Origin: a virus
Lineage: Duplodnaviria; Caudoviricetes
Virus record (IMG/VR): IMGVR_UViG_2791355159_000004
Coordinates: 1-64,000 of that record
Strand: one strand, 5' to 3'
DNA: 64,000 nt
Position 1 is the stretch's first letter. Each line of letters opens with the position of its first letter. The notes beneath the pieces are model-generated. The model made no database searches, was not told the DNA's origin, and saw nothing but the letters and a program-made list of their open reading frames with translations. Positions 29,734 to 37,920 of the stretch are shown piece after piece. Position numbers and translations under genes: made by a program.

Positions 29734-30891
29734 TTACTTCAGCTTGCCATCAAGCCAGTCTGCCCACCACTGCATCATTTCGCGCCGTTTTTCCAGATAC
29801 TGAGCATGGTTGTAAATGCCGCGGATATTATTTGGATCAGCGTGCGCCAGCTGTCGCTCAATAGCATCCTTAGGCCACAAGTATTCATTCAATATGGTAC
29901 TGAACTGATGACGGAACCCATGACCGCTCGCAATGCCACCGTAACCGATCAGGCGAATTACAGTCAGCACAGCACAGTCGCTTATTGGCTTCATCTTGTC
30001 ATTGCGTCCCGCAAATACATAAGGTGATATGGACGTGATCGGTTTCAGGAATTTGAGCAACGCAATAACCTGATCAGACATCGGCACGACGTGCATCTTG
30101 CGGCTTTTCATCACTTCTGGCTCAATCGTGATGAGCCTGTTCTCGAAATCGACGTTTTTCCACTGCATGCTTCTGAGTTCTATAGTACGCATTGCGGTGT
30201 ACTGAAGAACCTGAGTAGCGACGCGAGAAACAATACTTCCTGGATATGTTGCCAGAGCTGCATTAAAGGCTGGAATCTGGTCAGCAGGCAGGTACGGAAA
30301 ATTTTTTTTCCGGTAAGTCTGCATGGCATCTGCGAGATCAGGTGCGGGATTGTATCTGGCTCGCCCTGTCACTACGGCATACCTGAATACCTCACCACAC
30401 CGGCGACGAGCCTTGCTAGCACGCGAAAGAGCTCCACGCTCCTCAAACTGGCGCAGTACCGCAAGCAGCGTCATCGGTTCTATCTCTTCCAACTGCAACT
30501 TACCAATGTAAGGAAGGATATCATCCTTAAACATCTGCCTGACTTCAGCGGCATAGCGATCAGACCATGAGGCTCTTTTATACTTATACCACTCCTCAAA
30601 AATAGTACTGAAAGAGTCTGGCTCTTTGGTTTTTCGCAGCTTCTTCGTCGCCGGGTTTAAACCTGAAGCCAGGTCGCGCCTTAGCTCAAATGCGAGATTA
30701 CGTGCATCGGCCAGACCTATCTCCGGGTACTTACCGATGGTATGCACCTTCTCTTTACCATAATACTGATAACGGATCTGCCAGACCTTTTTACCGGTTA
30801 CCGGTACGTAAAGGTAAAGACCATTACCATCAGCAATCCGGTAAGGCTTGTCTTTGGGCTTTGCGGCGTTGATCTGTTTGATAGTAAGCAT
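29734..30891 (-). CDS. tyrosine integrase, IntS/P4 family
   Basis: MLTIKQINAAKPK (ATG 30891), DGNGLYL, HGFR, QLAH and YNHAQY; adjacent to the tRNA-Arg 3' end. Confidence 0.93.
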   Translation of the reverse strand: MLTIKQINAAKPKDKPYRIADGNGLYLYVPVTGKKVWQIRYQYYGKEKVHTIGKYPEIGLADARNLAFELRRDLASGLNPATKKLRKTKEPDSFSTIFEEWYKYKRASWSDRYAAEVRQMFKDDILPYIGKLQLEEIEPMTLLAVLRQFEERGALSRASKARRRCGEVFRYAVVTGRARYNPAPDLADAMQTYRKKNFPYLPADQIPAFNAALATYPGSIVSRVATQVLQYTAMRTIELRSMQWKNVDFENRLITIEPEVMKSRKMHVVPMSDQVIALLKFLKPITSISPYVFAGRNDKMKPISDCAVLTVIRLIGYGGIASGHGFRHQFSTILNEYLWPKDAIERQLAHADPNNIRGIYNHAQYLEKRREMMQWWADWLDGKLK

Positions 30892-30938
30892 TGGGTAAAA
30901 TCTGTACGGGTGAAATCTTTTTACCCAAAATTTACCCA
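30891..30938. promoter_or_regulatory. integrase arm-type sites (TGGGTAAA / TTTACCCA repeats)
   Basis: Inverted and direct copies lie directly upstream of the int start. Confidence 0.6.
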
Positions 30939-31053
30939 GAGGCACATGTGGATGTCAACGAACCGGGACAACCGATAGCGGAGTGGATGTAGAGGGAAGA
31001 GGTTGCTTTGTATGGACTTTACGAACTTGTACGGAGAGTAGCGAACTGAACCA

Positions 31054-31128
31054 TGGCGTCCCCTGCAGGAATCGAACCTGCAACTAGCCCTTAGGAGGGG
31101 CTCGTTATATCCATTTAACTAAGGGGAC
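31054..31128 (-). tRNA. argW: tRNA-Arg (anticodon CCT)
   Basis: Reverse complement GTCCCCTTAGTTAAATGGATATAACGAGCCCCTCCTAAGGGCTAGTTGCAGGTTCGATTCCTGCAGGGGACGCCA folds as a cloverleaf with a CCA end. Confidence 0.97.
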
Positions 31129-31323
31129 ATCGTTTCGGCGAGTTCAACGATGTGCGAACTGGTTTCTATACTACCGGAAAACCTGAGTTTTTAACAACCC
31201 TTACATTTCACATCATCTTACTTTGTTTCGATGTAAACCATATGGAAATGGGTTCGTTCACTTGCCTTTGCGTACACTTTGAGTACAGAATGCGTCAGAC
31301 CTATGTGTACAGGACATAAGACA

Positions 31324-32493
31324 GTGGCGCTCAGCGATACCAAACTCAGAAGCATTAACGGCAAACATTACAGCGGCCCCGCTGAAGTCACTGACGGGGA
31401 TGGATTGAGCGCGCGCATTACACCTACTGGCACGATCTCTTTTCAGTTCCGGTTCCGCTGGAACGGTAAGCCTGTACGCCTCACGGTTGGCCGTTACCCT
31501 GGCACATCCCTCAAAGACGCGCGCGTCATTGTCGGCGAGATGCGCGGATTGTACACGAAGGGGATTCACCCTAAAACCTACTTTGCCAGCAGTAAGGGTG
31601 AGCTGACGCTGCAGGAGTGCCTTGACCAGTGGTGGGAGAAGTACGTAGAGGGGCTAAAACAGAACACGCGCATTCTGTACAAATCTGTCGTGTACAACAC
31701 CATGTACACAGAATTTGAAGATATGCCTGTGGCCAACATTCCCGTCTCGCAGTGGGTACTCTTCTTCGATAAGCAGGAAAAGCTGAATAAGAAAAAGGCG
31801 CGGGTGCTTTTGCTACAGCTGCGGTCTGTCATCAACTGGTGCATTAGCCGGCAGCTGATCCCCTCATGTGAGCTGACAAAGCTTAGCGTCAAGAACATCG
31901 GGAAAAAGCCTGATGTGGGTGATCGCGTGCTGACTTACACCGAGCTGGCAAAAATCTGGCTGGCGCTTGAGAACAGCAAAATCGTCACATCAAACCGCAT
32001 GCTTCATCAACTGCTGTTGCTTTGGGGAGCCAGGCTGTCAGAACTACGCCTGGCAACGGCGTCAGAGTTCAATATGGATGATCTGATTTGGACCACGCCG
32101 GCCGCTCATTCAAAGATGGGGAACGTTATCCGGCGCCCGATATTTGAACAGGTGAGGCCTTACATAGAGCAGCTCCTGGCCACAAAAAATAGCGTACTTT
32201 TTCCGGGGCAGGCGCTAGATAAGGCGATAGACAGATCGTCGTCGAACCTTTACATGAAGAAATTACGTAGCGGAATTGAAATACCCGAGTGGCGCACTCA
32301 CGATTTCCGGCGCTCGCTTGTGACGAATTTATCCAGCGAAGGGGTTATGCCTCACGTTACGGAGAAGATGCTGGGGCATGAGCTGGGTGGGGTGATGGCG
32401 GTCTATAACAAGCACGACTGGTTAGAAGAGCAGCGTAAAGCATATGAGCTCTACGCCGATAAGATATTCTGGCATGTCAAACAGCTCGGTTAA
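31324..32493 (+). CDS. tyrosine integrase
   Basis: Likely GTG start at 31324 (ALSDTKLR); DGDGL, GARLSE, HDFRR, LGH and VYNKH. Confidence 0.92.
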   Translation: MALSDTKLRSINGKHYSGPAEVTDGDGLSARITPTGTISFQFRFRWNGKPVRLTVGRYPGTSLKDARVIVGEMRGLYTKGIHPKTYFASSKGELTLQECLDQWWEKYVEGLKQNTRILYKSVVYNTMYTEFEDMPVANIPVSQWVLFFDKQEKLNKKKARVLLLQLRSVINWCISRQLIPSCELTKLSVKNIGKKPDVGDRVLTYTELAKIWLALENSKIVTSNRMLHQLLLLWGARLSELRLATASEFNMDDLIWTTPAAHSKMGNVIRRPIFEQVRPYIEQLLATKNSVLFPGQALDKAIDRSSSNLYMKKLRSGIEIPEWRTHDFRRSLVTNLSSEGVMPHVTEKMLGHELGGVMAVYNKHDWLEEQRKAYELYADKIFWHVKQLG

Positions 32494-32671
32494 CTCCGCC
32501 TGACTCAATCCAGCGCTGCACCGCTTTTCGACTATAGCGCGCTGGGTGGGTAAGAACCGGCGACGGAAAACCGTGACATTTACGCAGGCGCCAGAGTGCC
32601 GTCCGCGCCTTGCCGATCTCCTGCATCACTTCCTGTTCGCTCATAAAATCTGAATTCATTATTTTCTCCAC
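32477..32671 (-). CDS. excisionase / AlpA-like protein
   Basis: Short wHTH with GFPSPV...RYSRKAVQRW, convergent with int. Confidence 0.8.
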   Translation of the reverse strand: MEKIMNSDFMSEQEVMQEIGKARTALWRLRKCHGFPSPVLTHPARYSRKAVQRWIESGGVNRAV

Positions 32672-32704
32672 TCCTGCTGCAACAGGCTAATCAATCGTGA
32701 CGTG

Positions 32705-33049
32705 TCACGGCGTAATGTTTAATTTTGTCTCAAGCCAGCCGCTAGTGGCCCAGCACTGCGAATCACCCTGGCAGGGGCAGGAAGCTACCGGCAGACGATC
32801 ACCACACTTCCCGCACTGGCGCTTCGCCAGCTCTTCCAGCTGCTGCGCCAGCTCAGCCGCGTCCTTGCGTATCAGCATGGTGATGTACTCGTTCAGCGTA
32901 TACGGCTCACGGCCAGGGCGCCGGGCGGCGCAGTTCTGCGCCAGCATCTCGACCTCTTGGCTATCCAGCTTCAGCTCCAGCTTTTTTTCGCCGCTGGCGG
33001 CCTGGCGTGCGCGCTGCGCGGCTTTGCGTTCGGCCGGGGATTTAGGCAT
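32705..33049 (-). CDS. hypothetical phage protein, Cys-rich C-terminus
   Basis: MPKSPAERKAAQRAR...CGKC...CPC...C. Confidence 0.75.
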   Translation of the reverse strand: MPKSPAERKAAQRARQAASGEKKLELKLDSQEVEMLAQNCAARRPGREPYTLNEYITMLIRKDAAELAQQLEELAKRQCGKCGDRLPVASCPCQGDSQCWATSGWLETKLNITP

Positions 33050-33808
33050 TTACACCTCCAGCGCCATTTGCAAAGAAATTCGGTCCCGCTGTTCGCAATA
33101 GACCAGTGAACCTTGGCTGTTATGCGACTCGATACGTTCAACTAACAAGGCCGCGCGGGTTTCTTTTGAAGCCGGCGCGTATGCGCCAGACCATGCTTTA
33201 TCAATCCCGATGTTGCGCGCGACATTGGTACTGTCCGCGCTCGCGAGCGGAAGCTTTGTAAAAATCTGCGGGTTGAGCATGCGCAGACCGTGGATCTTAG
33301 CGATCGGCTGTCCGTAAGCATCGGTCACGTGGCGAATAAGGTCTTTCATCCGCGCGACGGCGAGATTTGGCCGCTTCACGTCATACTCGCCGCAACTGCC
33401 GATCGCTACCCGAGGGTACTCATTGCAAAGCCGAATGAAACGCTCGTCACTTTCGTTCATATGCCACACCGGAACGCCGTAGAAATCACCGTGCGGCCAT
33501 TCATCCAGCAATGCCTCGTTCTCTGCCTCACCGCCATCAATAACGTCAGGGATGATCGCAAAATCGAAGCCTGGATGATTTTTCCAGCGCGCTACGAACT
33601 CGTAATAATCGGCCCAGTCTATTTTGTTTCTACCAGCTGCTTTCCACGCCGTAAATGCGCCGTTGTCCAGCGCAAAGGACTGGCATGCTTCAGACGCCAG
33701 CCCAAGCTGCTCTGGATGGGCAAACGAGATAAAGGCATGCCTGCCGCGCCAGGCTTTCAGCGCTGCAAGGTCAGGTGTAATCGGGCCTCCGTGATAGTGG
33801 ATCATCAC
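33050..33808 (-). CDS. hypothetical protein, possible TGT/DpdA-like fold
   Basis: FALDNGAF, IPDVIDG, VPVWH, HGLRML and SADST. Confidence 0.55.
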   Translation of the reverse strand: MMIHYHGGPITPDLAALKAWRGRHAFISFAHPEQLGLASEACQSFALDNGAFTAWKAAGRNKIDWADYYEFVARWKNHPGFDFAIIPDVIDGGEAENEALLDEWPHGDFYGVPVWHMNESDERFIRLCNEYPRVAIGSCGEYDVKRPNLAVARMKDLIRHVTDAYGQPIAKIHGLRMLNPQIFTKLPLASADSTNVARNIGIDKAWSGAYAPASKETRAALLVERIESHNSQGSLVYCEQRDRISLQMALEV

Positions 33809-34242
33809 TCACCCTCCTTACCGGCGCCGACGCGAAGCATATCCATCTCCAGCTGCGAGATGAGGTTAATAACGTGAGATACGCCGGGCTGTTGGTGGTT
33901 AGTCATGGTCTGGACGTATTTACGCGTCTGCACGACTGCTTCAGCCTGGAGAGCCTTAATCCACTCGTTTGCAGCTGGCGTCACCATGGTGGCGTTCAGG
34001 TTGGCAACGAGACTCATATGGTCGCCGGTGGCGTTCAGTGCGGCGATGGCGTCCGGCATGATGCTGTTAATTCGCAGCACTTCACCTGCCATCACACTGG
34101 CGCGAGCGTTCGCTACGTCGAGACGGGTAGCAAGCTCGCTGACCATCTTGGCCATGTCCATCAAGCCGGTATCAGCTGACACGTTCTTGGCAAACGCATG
34201 GCCGGCGGCAACGATCTCTTTATTCGATTTTGCGTTGAGCAT
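33805..34242 (-). CDS. hypothetical early protein
   Basis: 145-aa ORF coupled in the leftward operon. Confidence 0.7.
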   Translation of the reverse strand: MLNAKSNKEIVAAGHAFAKNVSADTGLMDMAKMVSELATRLDVANARASVMAGEVLRINSIMPDAIAALNATGDHMSLVANLNATMVTPAANEWIKALQAEAVVQTRKYVQTMTNHQQPGVSHVINLISQLEMDMLRVGAGKEGE

Positions 34243-34254
34243 GTTGGGGGCGCC

Positions 34255-34413
34255 TCAGTGGATGGTGATGCTGCGGTTCATTTCCTCAGCCATGCGCTGA
34301 GCTTTAATCGGGTTCTTTACCAGCTCACCGTCTGGGGCGATCCATCCCTTTAAAATGCTGGAATAGGGGAAGATGATGATCCCGACCTTGATGTCGTCGT
34401 TAGGCTTATGCAT
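34255..34413 (-). CDS. DUF1317-like protein
   Basis: DDIKVG...PYS...GWI.PDG...NPIKAQR.AE. Confidence 0.75.
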   Translation of the reverse strand: MHKPNDDIKVGIIIFPYSSILKGWIAPDGELVKNPIKAQRMAEEMNRSITIH

Positions 34414-34545
34414 ATGTTCTCTACACGATTTTTGATTGCATGAATTCCTTGCCAGTGACGGCAATAAAAAACTGAGGGATTCGTTTAAAGGGCTGGTGGG
34501 TTACTGCAATAACCCACTGCCTGATTTCTCCACACCGAAAAGAGG

Positions 34546-34677
34546 ATTGTGGTGCCGGGTGCCTCCCGGTGCTCTGGCCGAACTGACAAACTCCAGAGCG
34601 GTGACCTTTAGACTCCGAGCATCGCACGATAGTTACGATGCCAGTTCTCCGCGTGCGCTAGCCGCATTCACCACAAT
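34546..34677 (-). ncRNA. C4-antisense-like cloverleaf RNA (PL transcript)
   Basis: 9-bp closing stem ATTGTGGTG/CACCACAAT, internal hairpins, and a 3' arm CCGGGAGGCACCCGG. Confidence 0.6.
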
Positions 34678-34747
34678 GAGGAGGGCATTCACTCCACGTC
34701 TTTAAAGCGCTCGAAAGCACCCGCTTTGCAAATGCCCTTTTCATTGT

Positions 34748-34809
34748 GAAAAAGAGGGCGGTCAAATCAGATTGCGAACTGAAGAAACCGCCAAAAAACA
34801 CAGCGTCAT
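34748..34809 (-). ncRNA. DicF-like hairpin/terminator RNA
   Basis: TTTGGCGGT...ACCGCCC-TCTTTTT in the PL operon, similar in architecture to DicF as recalled. Confidence 0.4.
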
Positions 34810-34812
34810 CCA

Positions 34813-34962
34813 TCAAAAAACCGGCTTCGCTGCCGGGCTATCGACACAGCACTCCAACAACACGATCCCCATATCCCCATCGCAAACCAGCTCGGCATCC
34901 GGGAACAGGTACAGAAAAGTGATCAGGTCCCAGAGCGTTGTATTCGACATGTTCTTAATCAT
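34813..34962 (-). CDS. 49-aa first gene of the PL operon
   Basis: MIKNMSNTTLWDLITFLYLFPDAELVCDGDMG..., with GAGGG upstream. Confidence 0.55.
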   Translation of the reverse strand: MIKNMSNTTLWDLITFLYLFPDAELVCDGDMGIVLLECCVDSPAAKPVF

Positions 34963-35075
34963 TTTCACAGTGCTGCCCTCACGTCACTGCAACTTGCTTA
35001 GCGAACCATCCCGGCTGTCATGTGCCCCGATCAGATACCTCGTGGGCATCCTGCCTGTTCGCTATTGATGAATTC

Positions 35076-35138
35076 ATTATTGCCGGAAGTGATAAATTCG
35101 TCAACACCGCTAGAGATATTATATATCCTGCGGTGTTT
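35076..35138 (-). promoter_or_regulatory. PL promoter with OL1-OL3 operators
   Basis: TTGACG-17-AATAAT (35104 to 35076). CAACACCGCTAGAGATA at 35102-35118 is 1 mismatch from lambda OL2, with weaker flanking sites. Confidence 0.8.
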
Positions 35139-35237
35139 ATGTTATTGATTGGTCTAGTATTAAATTTTTTTGAAGGCTTCATTATTAAATTGAGCATGTG
35201 ATAGCGTGATTTTGGGCGCTTCTTGAGCGGAGGTTTC

Positions 35238-35441
35238 ATGAGCAAGCAATCAGATGAGCTCTATGATGAGATGTGCAGAGTAGTAGGCGACGTGGTTTTC
35301 ACGCTTCACGATTATGGGGTTGAGTCGAAGCAGATAGTGATAGCAGATGCACTCAGAACGGCGCTGGCATCGAAGAACCCTGCACGTTCTGAGCTACTGA
35401 CTAAAGCAATGGAAGCTGCGGCGAGAGTGCTGGATCGGTAG
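35238..35441 (+). CDS. small helical protein (DUF2767-like)
   Basis: GGAGG RBS; ELYDEMCRVVGDVVF. Confidence 0.7.
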   Translation: MSKQSDELYDEMCRVVGDVVFTLHDYGVESKQIVIADALRTALASKNPARSELLTKAMEAAARVLDR

Positions 35442-35445
35442 GTAT

Positions 35446-36345
35446 AAAAAAGCCCGCCTTACACGGGCATGAATTCGTTCAAGATGAAAGGGAAATCCAG
35501 AATGCCAGCCTAGCTGGCTTTGCCACCATATAGCTTTTGCAACAGATAGATACTACGGGACACTTTTGCTCTCAACACAGCACGATACAGGTGTGGACAC
35601 AAAAAAAAGCCCGTCACTCGAGGAGAGATGACGGGCAACGTGGTAGATAGCGAGTTGCTTTTAGAATCCCACCCATGACACACGATTTATCTGGCTAGTC
35701 TACTCATAGTAACAACCGAGCTTCACTATACAAGCGTAGCGGTTGATTAAATTAGCCATTACGCTGCAGAGACAAAAAAGCCCGCTCAGTGGCGGGCAAA
35801 GTGGTTCAGCACAGGATTAACCTGCAAATCTCGTACAGCTTACGCGCAACATCCTGTATGCGTGTAGCCATTACAGGTTAGGAGTGTGTGAGGTCTTGCG
35901 ATGTGGGAATGGTCCTACAAGTCATGAAGTTAGGATTGTTCTGGCAAGAGGAGTTGGCTTAAAAAAGCCCGCTCTATGGCGGGCAAGAAGACACAAATTC
36001 CAATGGGGAAAGCCATCGCACACAGCAAATAATGTGCTTTCAAAGCATAGGCTACTGCCGCTACGTTGTTGTGAAATATAGCGTAGTAATTTTACTCGTC
36101 AGGATTATGTTAGTTGATGTATTGAAAAGAAAAAAGCCCGCGCATAGCGGGCCAACCAGCTTTATTTCATATTGTCTTGTCGTTATGGGTGCCACTGAAT
36201 ACCAGAGCAAAGAGGTTAACGGCGACATAGCTGATAACTTTAGAGCAGCATCAAAAAAGCCAGCACGAGGCGGGCAGAGATGCTGTATAAAGTCTTTTTT
36301 AGCCTTCAGGCCATGTCTCTTTGGACATTATGTTATCGGCAGGAA
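35446..36345 (-). ncRNA. array of six putative small-RNA units, each ending in a GCCCG...CGGGC-T-run terminator
   Basis: Hairpins start at 35452, 35609, 35780, 35967, 36136 and 36259 (spacing 123-187 bp), all oriented for the minus strand. The bodies are unique, with promoter-like motifs upstream. Confidence 0.7.
36216..36242 (-). promoter_or_regulatory. sigma28 (FliA) promoter
   Basis: TAAAGTTA-N11-GCCGTTAA, against the consensus TAAAGTTT-N11-GCCGATAA. Confidence 0.7.
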
Positions 36346-36359
36346 GGGCTGAATAGAAA

Positions 36360-36905
36360 TTAGTGGAGATTGGAAGAAAGATCTTGCCCCAAATCAATCA
36401 ATCCCTGAATTGGGGCCGGGTCTATGTCTGCAAGTGACTTAACTACAATCCCTATTTCTTTGCAGCGATTAAATACGCCTTTGTCATGGGTCCAAACCTC
36501 ATCAACATTAAGAGATTTAGCTATAGCTATGATTTGCCGATCAAATTTCACTTTATTCGCAGTATCAGACTGCATCATAAGTTTTAATTCTTTTATGGAT
36601 GGCATTTGAGCACATTCTAAGGCTGCGATTTCATCGAAGCTGGCGATTTCAAAGCAAGCTTGCTGCTGAATCAACTTCAGATGAGTTTGGTGCTCTTTTT
36701 TATCAATTCCTACGAGGTATTCTGCTAAAACAGGAGTGGGAATGATTATCGAACCGCCACTGCTTTCGACCATATCGATTAAGGCTTCGACCCTTCTTGA
36801 AGGATCAGGGATTTCTAATCCATTTTCAGGGTTAGTTAGCTTGCATCCATCTTTCATACCTGTGATGGCCTGCACCAAAATGTTGGTATCGAATATTATT
36901 CGCAA
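36360..36905 (-). CDS. PIN-domain ribonuclease (copy 2)
   Basis: IFDTN, PTPVLAEY, FDRQIIAIA and WTHDKG; TTG start with a 10-bp overlap. Confidence 0.85.
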   Translation of the reverse strand: MRIIFDTNILVQAITGMKDGCKLTNPENGLEIPDPSRRVEALIDMVESSGGSIIIPTPVLAEYLVGIDKKEHQTHLKLIQQQACFEIASFDEIAALECAQMPSIKELKLMMQSDTANKVKFDRQIIAIAKSLNVDEVWTHDKGVFNRCKEIGIVVKSLADIDPAPIQGLIDLGQDLSSNLH

Positions 36906-37612
36906 TTTAGCGCCCTTAAAGCTTTCAAGATGGCTTGAGCGTCATCTTCTTCTTTCCATTGATTACCAGAGGCATTCTGTAATGCCTTAAAAGCAGTCTT
37001 CAAATTGGATTTTTCAAGAACTTCGTAGGAGTCAATTATTAATTTTTTAAGCTTCCATTTGCCATCTTTCTTTATCCATTCGCTATCACCTGAAACTCGC
37101 AGTTGCTTGAAAAGCAATGCACCTAACTTAGCAGCTAGGGCTGGCGTGGCTTCGCAATGATAAGTCTCCCCATTAGCGCCCTCAAGTTTAACTGGCGCCG
37201 AATCATCTTTACCACCAACATTATAAAGCTTCCCTTGAACACGACCTTTTTTTCGGATGATCAATGGTGCTTCTTCATTAAATGATGGGAATTCAAGGAT
37301 AGTAACTTTATCTTGATTAATTATTTTGGCTTCAAAGCCGTCCTGGGCCAAAAGAGAAACTAATTTTAAATATGAGCTTCCAGATGTAGCTGCTTGAGAT
37401 ATTGAGCGTTGTATAACCGCATTATATGAGCTTTGGTTATCAACCCAAGTGTTCAGACATGCTGACCCCTCGCTCACATCTTTAAAGTGAACGGCATCTA
37501 CCGAGCCATATAGGTCAGATAGTGCTGATAGATACTTGCCAAGACGCGCCATACTAAGCTCGCTTGGGCTTGTTCCATCAAGTTTTAAGGTCAGGCGGTT
37601 ATCTTTGCCCAT
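36896..37612 (-). CDS. 238-aa hypothetical partner of the PIN gene (copy 2)
   Basis: Homologous to 25009-25725 (LTLKLDGTSPS, VSEGSA, VGGKDDS, CEATP, NCE*). Confidence 0.85.
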   Translation of the reverse strand: MGKDNRLTLKLDGTSPSELSMARLGKYLSALSDLYGSVDAVHFKDVSEGSACLNTWVDNQSSYNAVIQRSISQAATSGSSYLKLVSLLAQDGFEAKIINQDKVTILEFPSFNEEAPLIIRKKGRVQGKLYNVGGKDDSAPVKLEGANGETYHCEATPALAAKLGALLFKQLRVSGDSEWIKKDGKWKLKKLIIDSYEVLEKSNLKTAFKALQNASGNQWKEEDDAQAILKALRALNCE

Positions 37613-37752
37613 GGATTATTTACAGCCTCAACATCAGATTAAAAATCCCATTATCACAACTTCATTGTTGTGCATCACTGATCTGCCGTCAACGCGTTTG
37701 TGCTCAAAAAATTCTTATCTTTTTGAACTCACCCAAACGTCTCTTCCGGCCA

Positions 37753-37911
37753 CTAACCTGCAGTAATCGCAATTACCGCATTCACAACTCCAGCAGCTAA
37801 CAGAACAACGCCCGGAATCAGGTAGTTTTTGTCACGCTTTTTGCGAGCCAGGTAGAACATTGCGAATGCAATACAAAACATCGGAAATGCTATCTTCGCA
37901 TAAACTGACAT
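37753..37911 (-). CDS. 52-aa two-TM membrane protein directly downstream of cI
   Basis: GGAGA RBS; MSVYAKIAFPMFCIAFAMFYLARKKRDKNYLIPGVVLLAAGVVNAVIAITAG. Too short for the ORF track. Confidence 0.7.
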   Translation of the reverse strand: MSVYAKIAFPMFCIAFAMFYLARKKRDKNYLIPGVVLLAAGVVNAVIAITAG

Positions 37912-37920
37912 GCTATCTCC

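Larger units (their letters stand above)
1..31053. mobile_element. left prophage (lambda-like tail, integrated at the argW 3' end), likely defective; left end outside window
   Basis: Gene order P-remnant, Q, lysis, cos, head, tail, int, tRNA, as in the KplE1/HK620/Sf6 att layout. Confidence 0.85.

Noticed and set aside
31130-31280. Exact att core of the right prophage
   Set aside because: The matching copy lies outside the window, so the core cannot be defined.
35446-36345. CRISPR array or type III TA antitoxin repeats
   Set aside because: The repeats are only short, variable terminator hairpins with long, irregular spacers, and there are no cas genes. The array lies downstream of the PIN gene, and the left PIN copy has no such array, so obligate coupling is unsupported.
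35884-36352. Plus-strand ORFs of 65 and 106 aa across the array
   Set aside because: They read through terminator hairpins (repeated KKPA) and have no recognisable domain; likely spurious.
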